Assembly: GCA_951406725.2 (NCBI GenBank)
Contig: OX597826.1
Location: 31,806,001-31,870,000, forward strand
Direction of reading: 5' to 3'
Length of the DNA: 64,000 bases
Source: Octopus vulgaris
Taxonomy: Eukaryota
Of the stretch, positions 52,523-64,000 are shown one piece after another (the first letter of the stretch is position 1; the number at the start of each line of letters is the position of its first letter). A program made the translations under genes and the position numbers. The notes under the pieces were generated by a model that saw only the letters and a program-made list of their open reading frames with translations, was not told where the DNA came from and searched no databases.

Positions 52523-53445
52523 TAATTTCGGAAACAAAGTCCAATGATTTTCTAAATTTTATATATCTCGTTTTGTTTAGTTCCAAGTATTATCTGATAA
52601 TCACTTGTTGTATTGTTATATAGCCAATTGTGTTATTAAATTTAATATTGAAAATAGCGTTATATTTTCCAAAAATTTCAGCTCAGATTTCAAATGAATA
52701 AAATCATTGAGAAACGGTGTTCATGAAATAACCACATTCACCAGAAACACAAAATTAATGACAACAAATCAACAGATCTGATCTTATAAGATAGAAAGGA
52801 AGCTTATGATAACGTAGTCCAAGACACTCAAATTAAATCTGTATAGCAGTTTGAAATTCCCAGCTGTCTTTGTAACTGGTTTGTCTGCATTGTCACTCAT
52901 CGTAGTGCAAGATCGATTCTTGGTAATGATGAAAGGCAAAGAATATACTTTTCCAATGTCTTTCACAGAGATCTCCAGTTTCGACCATTCCATTTCTATT
53001 TTACACAACAAACTTGTTTAATTCATCTTACATCATCGTCAATGAAAGTTATGTACGTCCTTGACAACTGCAGTTAAATGGTTAAAACTATTTAACGTAC
53101 AGCTGATTCATTTCCGTAACTCAGATGTTAAGGGAAACGGCAAAGTTGGAGAATTAGCTAAAGAGGGAACACAAAAAGAAAGAAGATAAACTCCTACGTT
53201 CACGGCGTAGTACCAAAAATAACAAGATGGACTTTACTGGTCAGATTGTTGTTTCAGTTTGCTTTTTCGTAAGACCAATGAAATGATGTATCACACAAGT
53301 AATTTTATATTCAAAATTTCTATCTACAATATAATTTTATTGAACAACAAAATCTTATTAAGGAGTATTTTCATTTTGATATTTATATAATAATTATTAT
53401 TATAAGATATACATTACATGGCTTGTATTATTAAACATGTTTCAG

Positions 53446-55312
53446 AGATATCAGATAAAGATATTACACACATTTTAGAAAGATGTGGTAGTTTTCGACC
53501 GTATGAGCGCTAGTTGTTAGCTTATAATTTTATTATATGGATGTTGTCAGGATTTCCGGGACTGAATTTGACATTCCTCATTTGGAGCGTAGCATAACAA
53601 GCGAACATCGGCAGATGTTCGCTTGTTATGCTACGCTCCAAATTTTTAATGTTTCGTTAATCCCAGCAAATCTTACAGAGAATGAATATTTACAAATGCT
53701 TCAACCAGACGTCGACGATCAATGTTCTGTATATAACAATAGTTTCACTGGGACACATTATACAACACCACCTAGTAATTCATCTAAACTACAGTGTTCT
53801 TATGGACGGAAATTTCTGACGGAGGAGTTTTCTACAATTGAAAGCGAGGTGAGTGAGCTAAATGCAGTAAAACAATATATGTAGGGGTGGGGGGCATTGG
53901 TAGTGCAGTGGCTAATTCTTTATTTAGCACTTTCATCCATTCATGAGGATTATTCAAAATAAATTTTATAGAATATTTCTTGGCTTTTATACAAATGGGG
54001 GCGAAGGAGAGGTGAAAGCGAAAAGAGATAGGAAGTGAGGAGAGGAGAAGAGAGAGGAAGACAGAGAGGACAAAAGAGAAAGCAGAAACGAAGAATGTAT
54101 TTGGAGATGGTTTATGGTGAACAGGTAGAGATAATGCTTAATGACATTTGAAGATGTCAATTTCGTTTTTTAAAGAAAGGGAGAAAAAAGGCAGAAAGAA
54201 GCACAAGAGGGAAAGAGAAAGAAAGAGAAAGAAAGAGTTCTCTCTTATGTTTCTTCCCGTCTTCTTCATTTGTGTTCACATATATCTAGCGTTTTTTAAA
54301 ATGTATTATTACGTTTTCCTCATCACTTAGTAACTCTTATTTTATCTTCCTCGCTTACTAATGTATACCACCCATCTTTGTCTGTCTGTTTGTTTGTCTG
54401 TATGTGTCTTTCTGTCTGCCTCTCTCACTCTCTCTCTCTCACTCTCTCACTTTCATTTGCACATAAACAATACATAAATATATTAACTCACTCTTGTAGT
54501 TTTTTGCAAGTATCAAGTTTTAATTACGGATGCACATTTTCATTGTTGCCCGAACATGAAACCTGATTCTTACGCACTTTTATCTTAACGCGGTTAAAGA
54601 CCTTCTCTGTTATGAGACCTTGTCATAGACAAAGCGTAAAAAACATTTTTCAAAATACGTTACGTAATTGTGTAATTCTAGCGCTCAGTTTTTGCTCCTA
54701 TATTTATTAACAAACCGTAGGAGAGGCTGTGTGGTAAGTAGCTTGCATACGAACCATATGGTTCCGGATTCAGTCCCACTGCGTGGCACCTTGGGCAAGT
54801 GTCCTCTACTATCAGCTTTGGACGGACCAAAGCCTTGTGAGTGAATTTGGTAGACGGAAAGTGAAAGAAGCCCGTCGTATATATGTATATATTTATGTAT
54901 GTGTGTGAATGGGTTTGTGTGTCTGTGTTTGTCCCCCCACCAACATCGCTTGACAACCGATGCTGGTGTGTTTACGTCCCCGTAACTTAACGGTTCAGTA
55001 AAAAGGAGAATAAGTACTAGGCTTACAAAGAATAAGTCTTGGGGTCGATTTGCTCGACTAAAGGCGGTGCTGCAGCATGGCCACAGTCATATGACTGAAA
55101 CAAATAAAAGAGTAAACCCTTTTAAATTTCTTTTAAAATATTTTTAGCATTTCTGATTTCCATATAGATTTTTATTGCTTGCAAGTACATGCCTAGTCGT
55201 TTGCTGGGTTACCAAAATTTTCATACCATCTTTGATAATTTTTTGCTCATTCTTTATTGGATTCAGGCTTCTGGTAATATCGGCATACTATTTAGAAGTT
55301 ATACATAGAATA
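53446..55312 (+). pseudogene. SLC22 pseudogene C: broken exon 2 (53446-53848) and exon-4 relic (55168-55312)
   Basis: TAG at 53511 in place of the conserved YQRW Trp, inverted insertion at 53580 and frameshift; exon 3 not found. Confidence 0.85.
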
Positions 55313-55320
55313 AGTTACTC

Positions 55321-55351
<31 letters not shown>

Positions 55352-56500
55352 CATACATACATACATACATACATGCATGCATGCATGCATGCATACATAC
55401 ATACATACATACATACATACATACATACATACATACATACATACATACATACATACATAGATATCCGTCGGACAAAGAAATAACCCACAGTATGGTAGAA
55501 GCTATAGCCACTCATAATATAAAGGAATACTGGTGGAATACCTCAATAAAATGTAAATACAACAGACCGGATATAGTGATTTTGCGATAAAGAGAAATTG
55601 TGCACAGTTGTGGAAATTAGCTGCCCAACGGATGTTAATATAAAGCTGAAGATTAGCGAAAAAGAAAATACTTGTGCTGAGCTATTGAGAAACCTGCAGT
55701 TACTCTACCCAGATTACAAGTTCAGGTTTATACCTGTAATTATTGGGGAACTGGGATATATAACACACTACCTAGATACCAATCTTGATAAATTAGGCTT
55801 CTCAAAACCAGAAAGGAGAAAGCTAATTTGAAGACTACAGATCCAATCCATCACCGGAACTCTAAATAGTTTGTTTTCTTTCTCAATTGAGACTATGTCT
55901 GGCTTCCTATTCTGTATTTCATGGTCATACTGAATCATAAAAATCCCACAGAATCTTTGCATTATCATTTTCCATGATGCCTTCGGGTTTATGGTCGTGC
56001 CAATTTTTTGGTCTGTCAAGTCCATACTTGTGCAAAGTGTCCTTGCTATATTGTCGTGGCGTCTCTTATAGTCCTTCTGCGCTAGTGGCGTATACTGCCT
56101 CGTAATATTGCGCACACATATTTTGCAGATTTCATAAGAAATTTGAAACCACTGAGACCGAGGCAGCAAGCGTATATTTAATAATTATATTAAATCTAGA
56201 AGACAGGTAGCAGCAGAGAAACGAATTACGAACACAGTCTGATAGATGAATAGAGAACGTTCAGATAGTTGCTTTTTACTCAGGAACTGAACAGGTAAGT
56301 AAATATTTCTTTGTTTTTGTAGGGATTCCGTCTTAATTTGAATGAGTAAAAAATATTACTAAACATGCATGGTATCATTGAGAAAAGTTTTGTCAAATCC
56401 ACCTTTATTTATTCAAATTTATTCAAAATGTGACCGCGTGTGTACCGTTGGCGAATTTTTTCCCTCCGCCTTCTCTTCTTTGGATCTTTCCTTTTCTCAT

Positions 56501-56535
56501 GTTTCTGACGAAGAGCTCCGCTCGAAACGTTGAAC
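56501..56535 (+). ncRNA. minimal hammerhead motif (duplicate of 29170)
   Basis: GTTT-CTGACGA-A-GAGC-TCC-GCTC-GAAAC-GTT-GAAC. Confidence 0.6.
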
Positions 56536-56729
56536 CTTCCTTCTTTCCTTTTTTCCTGAGCGTCCAATAATACTATACTTGTTCCACGTCCTCGCGTGGT
56601 TGTGTTTTCTCTTTGTGCTTTCATGTTTGGATTAACTTTATTTATATACATCTAAATTTGTATCAACACATATAAAGATGCACTCAAACAGACACACGCA
56701 CATAAACATGTACGCACAAACGCATATCG

Positions 56730-56950
56730 GAGGGCAGGACGCTGAAAAGTTCCTGGCTTTGAATAAAAGAAAACAGAGGCGGATCAGTTAATTATGATTT
56801 TATTCAACATATCCACCACTGAGGTTCACTCACTTATTGCAGAAGTCATTCAACTTTTCTAGCCCCTGTAAAAGAACTAGGACGGTTGGGACTCCAACCA
56901 GGCTTTTCGCAATACCCTTAAAACCAGGAACTTTTCAGCATCCCCTCCTA
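56730..56950. mobile_element. mariner-type MITE (relatives at 25300, 29390, 40060)
   Basis: Inverted ends GAGGG..GCTGAAAAGTTCCTGG / CCAGGAACTTTTCAGCATCCCTC. Confidence 0.65.
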
Positions 56951-57202
56951 CACTCGCAGACACATGCTGAAGCAACGTTTTTTGTCTGAGAGATGTTGAA
57001 AATGACAATCTTTATATTCGTAGGTTGTATTAATCTTTGTTTTTTATTGTTAACCTTACACATGACAGAGCCTAATGTTTATTAAGTTTAATCTGTTAAT
57101 AATGATATCAGCCGTTTTGGATGTTCTGTGCCTTAAAAGGGAGATTAGCTGAAGCTGCGTTATGCTATAATGTTAATGCACCAAAAACACAAGCACGTAT
57201 AT

Positions 57203-57263
<61 letters not shown>

Positions 57264-57548
57264 CTCTCTCTCATATATATGCACGTCAGTATCTGTATGT
57301 GTGTGTGTGTGTGTGTGTGTCAATACGTTTGGCGAGCTGGTAGAATCGTTAGCACGCCGGGCGAAATATTTTGCGGTATTTCGTCTGCCGCTACTTTCTG
57401 AGTTCAGATTCTGCCAAGGTCGACTTCGCCTTTCATCCTTTCGGGGTCGATAAATCAAGGACCAGTTGCGTACTGGGCTCGATATAATCGACTGGCTCTT
57501 TCCCCCAAAATTCCGGGCCTTGTGTCTAGAGTAGAAAAAGATATATAC

Positions 57549-57595
<47 letters not shown>

Positions 57596-57793
57596 TATAT
57601 ACATATATATATATACACCATATATATGGACATCCCTCTTATGTGTATGTAATGTCCTTTTTCTGAATCTTCGGATTTTAATAAGCTAGACTACTGGTTT
57701 TAAATTGATATTAATCAACTTAATATTCAATTTTCCACTGTTATTATTTTCAATTTTAAATTTATATAGATAGATAGATAAATAGATGGATAA

Positions 57794-57860
<67 letters not shown>

Positions 57861-57862
57861 TG

Positions 57863-57905
<43 letters not shown>

Positions 57906-57909
<4 letters not shown>

Positions 57910-58225
57910 AGAACGCAGCATGTAATGATCAATGGTGTTCGATCAGGCACAGGAAAAGTCATCAGTGGTGTCCCACAAGGCACAGCATTAGTCCCACTCC
58001 TGTTCCTTATCTACATAAATGACATCATCAGGGTCATTAAATACAGTAATATAAAAATTTTCGCGGATGACTGTAAGCTTTTGAAAGTTGTTGAGAGCAT
58101 GGAAGACCTGAAAAATCTTCAATCGGACCTAGTTGCTGTTATCCAATGGACGCAGAAACATAACATGCAACTGAACGAGAACAAGTTTGAATTAATCCAC
58201 TTTGGTAAAGAGGCTGCACTTAAAC
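57906..58225 (+). mobile_element. CR1/L2-like LINE RT fragment (duplicate of 30187)
   Basis: SGVPQGTALVPLLFLIYINDI...IFADDCKL...LQSDL. Confidence 0.8.
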
Positions 58226-58318
58226 ACATTTTGATAGCAAATATACTTCACGATGTCTTGCAGCTACTGTTCATACCTCGCTCAGAGATTTATTACATAC
58301 ATATACATACATACATAC

Positions 58319-58375
<57 letters not shown>

Positions 58376-60510
58376 CCTGCTCGCTTAGCCAGCGGGGTGG
58401 CGTCGTTCGAAGGCTAAAACAATGCGAACGCATTGTGACCAGCGATGTGTAGCAACATCTGATGGTCTGGTCGGTCACGTGATCACGTGATATATATATG
58501 TATGTATATTTTAAGGGCTAAAAACCACGACATATATATATATATATATATATATGCGTATGTATACATACATCTTTACATATATATGCATACATACATA
58601 AATATATACACAGATGTGTGTGTGTGTGTATAGGGTTTTAAGACAAGTTCAAGTCTCATGATTTAGCCCGTCTGCGGCCAAGCTTTATGATTGGTTGACT
58701 GCCTGAATACGTCATTTGCTTATCAAATGTTTTGGTCACTTGCTTTCGTCCACTTGTAGTCCAGTGCTTTGTTTGCTTGATTTTCTGTGTATGTCATTTT
58801 GTTTCTCACTTTTGCCTGGCATGTGTCCAGTGTTCTGATTGGTGGGTTCCCATGGATCGTAATTTGCTATTCTGATCTGACGGTCCGCTGAATGTTTAAT
58901 AAGAGGATCTGTTTTAAAATCAGATTACAGTTAGTATAATAATCATATATTATAATAAATGGCACTACCACTACAACTGTTATTATTGATGTTGTATCTT
59001 TGTATGGAGTGAGTGTTTGGGAGCACAGTAACAGGAGTAACAGTAACAGAACAGCAGCAGATATAAGTTACACACAAAAGTTGATGGATTCAGTCTCAAC
59101 TAAGCAGCTTCGCACGGACTACCAGATGCCTGGTATGCTGACTGAAAATGGAGAAAGGTTTTGTTTCTGCCATTGTTAAGGTTAATGCAATTTGGGGGAG
59201 GGAATTTGTCGATTACATATATTCCAGTACACAACTGGTACTGGTTTAACCGACCACGAAAGATTGAATGGCAAAGTCGACCTCGGCGGAATTTGAACTC
59301 AGAACGTAGTGATGGGTGAAATACCTATTTCTTTATTACCCACAAGGGGCTAAACATAGAGAAGACAAACAAGGACAGACAAACGGATTAAGTCGATTAC
59401 ATCGACCCCAGTGTTAACTGGTACTTAATTTATCGACCCCGAAAGGATGAAAGGCATAGTCGATGAATTTGAACTCAGAACGTAACGACAGACGAAATAC
59501 CGCTAAGTATTCCGCCCGGCGTGCTAACATTTCTGCCAGCTCGCCGCCTTGCTTTATTCTAAATAATATCGGAACTAACTGGTTTAGAATATAATAACAG
59601 AAATTATGTCAAAGACTGTAAGACAGCAACTCAATCCCGAGTGGGTGGTGCACACCAATTCGATAAAAGAAACCTGTCCATGTATACCTGCTAACAATTT
59701 CGACTCTCGAATTAAGCAGTGTGTTGGAATTCTGTTATTTTGTTTTAAACCAGACGTATTTAATGAGCTTTCTGCAACCAGGGAGAACGAGAATCTTTAG
59801 TTTCTTGATTTCCTTTCCGTTTTTTTTTTCTCGTTTCATTCTTTGCACCGACCCTCTTCATTTTTTTCCCCTATTTTCTTACTGCCCAGCGTCCTTGCAT
59901 ATAAAATAAACATATAACGCATATACAGAGCTTGAAAGATTACTTTAAGATGCATGGCGTATTTCATAAATATGCCTGTTCAAGTATCATAAAAAACATT
60001 AAACATGAAACTATTGGTAGCTCTTTCGGTTGCGTATTAAAATACCGGTATGGTATTTTAATAAATTTGTATGACTATAATTCGTTTAAAGAACCAGGTG
60101 CATTTTTAATCCTCTAACTAATTTACCTAGATTTATGCTTGCGTGGAAGATAGCTTCAATTTTTATCTTATTCTTGCTAGAAATATACTAGAATTTCTCC
60201 ATCGAAACTACGATAAAAAGATCCTTCTTTTTGAATATGGCCATATTGTGAGTAATATGGCATGATTGATCGTAAAGGATTTTGGAAAGAAAAAAATCTT
60301 TCTTATTCTTGCCAGAAAAACTGAACTTTTAACCCAAAATGACTGATGTCAATGTAATAAACAGCCATATTCTGTATATATCAATATTGTATTACCTGAG
60401 TAAACGGGGTAATTTTTTTTTCATTTCAATGATTTATCTGTTTGAAGTAATCTTTCAGGTAGAAAAATATTACAAATTTGAAGAGAAATTCTAAAGTATC
60501 TGTTTTTACA

Positions 60511-60562
60511 ATGGCGGAAAATGAAGAATTTCAGCTGGAATCAGAAAAACAAATGACTACAG
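60511..60562 (+). CDS. SLC22-like gene E first coding exon (MAENEEFQLESEKQMTT)
   Basis: ATG, 52 nt, phase-1 donor CAG|GTTAGT; in frame with exon 2. Confidence 0.8.
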
Positions 60563-61833
60563 GTTAGTAATAATACAAACATGGACTTGATAAAGTATTT
60601 CTATCTACAAATTATTTCCATAAATTATTTCTTCAGAAATTCTTGATATTTTAATCCGAGGCATGAATTTGTTTTTGTTCTTGTAAACTGTTTACGATTT
60701 TACTTTATTTAGGGAATGAATAATAAGTTGAAATTTCACATAGTCGATACTAAATTTAAATATTTTGTTTCAACAGACAAATTTGGACTTTATCCCTTCC
60801 TAGATATACAAGAAATTTGTTGTGCATATCTTTACTATCCCTCTCTACATTGATTGTATTAAATAAGCAACACCAGGCTGCAGTTGAACATGGTGTGCCA
60901 TACCTGATGCTCGCACATTAAAAAATCAAGACAATTCTAGTGATAAAGGCTATAAAACTAAATATAATCCCCAGACAGTTGTTAATCAGTTTAGAAAAAC
61001 AAACTACTCACGTACTCATGAAGACCATGCGTTTGTGATCAACTATATAACCAATCATTTCATTATATTGAATATTAAAAAAAATATTGTCACAGCTTTC
61101 TTCCTAGATTTTCGAAGCTTTTACATGACCAATGATCTGTTTAACGGATTATTTCTTTGAGGAAAGTGTTGAGAACATATATACAATGAAACAAAAGGTG
61201 TAGTAGTGACACATTTGCATTTTTGTCTTGATATACAGGGTGTTCGGGCTAAGTTACACAGTTTGTATAAAAGGAACAGAAAACAATATCAAGCCCCAAA
61301 ATGAAAAAAAGTATTTAAAAAAAGTAAAAAAATATGAATAGTTTATGGTTGAGAGATAATTTACTGAACGTAGCCGCCCTCAGCTTCCACCACAACCTCA
61401 AGACAGCTCTGAATCCTGGTACATACGTTCCTCACCATGTACCTGGGAAGGTGTTTGAACACCTTGATCTTGGCCAAAGCTTGGCCTTTGCCTTGCAGAG
61501 GGAGTGACTGGCATCCTGCTCATTCATTTGAAAAGTTATCAATTACTATTGTATTATTTAAATATTTATTGAAGGCGGCGATTTGGCAGAATCGTTAGCA
61601 CGTCGGGCGAAATGCTTAGCGGTAGTTTACAGGGCTTTACACTCTGGGTTCAAATTCCGCCGACGTTGACTTTACCTTTCATCTTTCCTAGCTCGATATG
61701 TTAAGTACCAGTCAATTAGTGGAGTCGATATAATCGACTATCCAACTCCCCACACATTTCAGGCCTTGTTCCTATAGCAGAAAAGATTATTTAAATATTT
61801 ATTACATAAAGAGTTATGTTATTTTTTTTTCAG

Positions 61834-62207
61834 ATATGTCTGATAAAGATATTACACATATTTTAGAAAAATGTGGAACGTTTGGACCTTATCAGCGCTG
61901 GTTCTACGCTTATATTACAATAATATGCATGCTATGCACAACGCCGGGTATGAACTTTACATTCATCACTGCAAGCGTTCCTTTCTTATGTTACCCTCCA
62001 AACTTTAATGCTTCGTTGATTCCTGCAAACCTTACAGAGAATGAATATTTACAAATGCTTCAACCAGACGGCGACGATCAATGTTCTGTATATAACAATA
62101 GTTTCACTGGGACATATTATACAACACCATCAAGCAATTCGTCTGAACTACAGTGTTCTTATGGACGGAAATTTCTGACGGAGAAGTTTTCTTCGGTTGT
62201 AAGCGAG
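61834..62207 (+). CDS. SLC22-like gene E exon 2 (gene presumably continues right of window)
   Basis: Poly-T CAG acceptor, GAG|GTGAGT donor, 374 nt, open, CGTFGPYQRW...SSVVSE. Confidence 0.85.
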
Positions 62208-62879
62208 GTGAGTCAATCAGTCGACTTTAGTGACGTTGTTAACACTTCTCGTTGACAACTTAATTCTGATCGTTCTAGGAAATACCAAATTCTGCGAGAA
62301 GTGTTAACTTTCAACTAAATAGTCATGATATTATCCAGCTGTCGTTATCTGTGTTTGTTAGCTCTTGGATCTTTTCTCTTTGAACGACAGATAGAGAAAT
62401 TAATTTTTTGGAAATAAACACTTTCAAACTTCGGACACTAGTAGAACGTGTCATATAAAACATCTTTTACTCTTAGCGTTGTTGAGAAAAGTTTATATTT
62501 TCAAAGTTATTTCGTGTTAAAATAGTTATATTTCGGTAATTTCAATCAACCAATGACGTGTATTCAGCTGAATAAAATTACTGCCGTTGTTTGTCAACAA
62601 GTTTCAGGCAAGTGTCTACTGCACCTCCTCTGTGTTGCTGGGGTATGTGCAGCATTGTGTGTTTCCTTTTGCTGTTGGGGGTGTGCAAAATCCTCCCGGT
62701 ATTGTAAGTGTCAGTTTCTTTCTTTATGGGGTGTAATACAATATTTTGTTTTATTATTGTTTGTATTATCTTTTGTATGCGTAATGTGTTGAATATCCAG
62801 CCTGCTGGTGGTAGTTGATTTTATAGGGTGTGTTTTTATGTTTGTGGATTGTTTTATTTGGGTTCTATTGTTGAAGTGA

Positions 62880-64000
<1,121 letters not shown>

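Larger units (their letters stand above)
36569..62706. repeat. segmental duplication copy B
   Basis: Collinear and nearly identical with copy A apart from indels. Confidence 0.9.

Noticed and set aside
40965-52700. Selenocysteine reading of the Cys-aligned TGA in gene B
   Set aside because: No SECIS-like stem recognised in the AT-rich 3' UTR, the Cys is not conserved across paralogs, and the gene has a second lesion.
53537-53884. 115-aa ORF as a novel protein
   Set aside because: Frameshifted read through the hairpin insertion into the pseudo-exon 2 loop sequence.

Overview
AT-rich, microsatellite- and SINE-dense animal genomic DNA; the repeat landscape suggests an Octopus-like coleoid cephalopod (inference). 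The window holds a tandem cluster of SLC22/organic-cation-transporter-like (MFS) genes. Gene 1 (- strand, 7 coding exons, 12038 to 615) looks intact and runs off the left edge. Gene B (+ strand, 39357-52410) has an in-frame TGA and lacks the 215-nt exon. There are several orphan exon-1/exon-2 cassettes and relics, and gene E starts at 60511 and runs off the right edge. Much of the + strand part is a recent tandem segmental duplication (~21.3-36.0 kb vs ~36.6-62.7 kb) whose left copy lost ~13 kb at a TTTT microhomology. Mobile DNA: Penelope-like elements (PLEs), R4/Dong-like RLE LINE pieces, CR1/L2- and RTE-like RT relics, Tc1/mariner relics and MITEs, and many tRNA-derived SINEs. Most notable: (i) a young two-ORF PLE with a U_UUU_UUA slippery site exactly where ORF1 overlaps the -1 frame RT ORF; (ii) about a dozen hammerhead-ribozyme motifs, including a U3-A8 covariant and an inverted pair in a transporter intron; (iii) a perfect 30-bp hairpin created inside a dead exon; (iv) apparent gene-conversion homogenisation of the extracellular-loop exon. 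All alignments and folds were done by eye.
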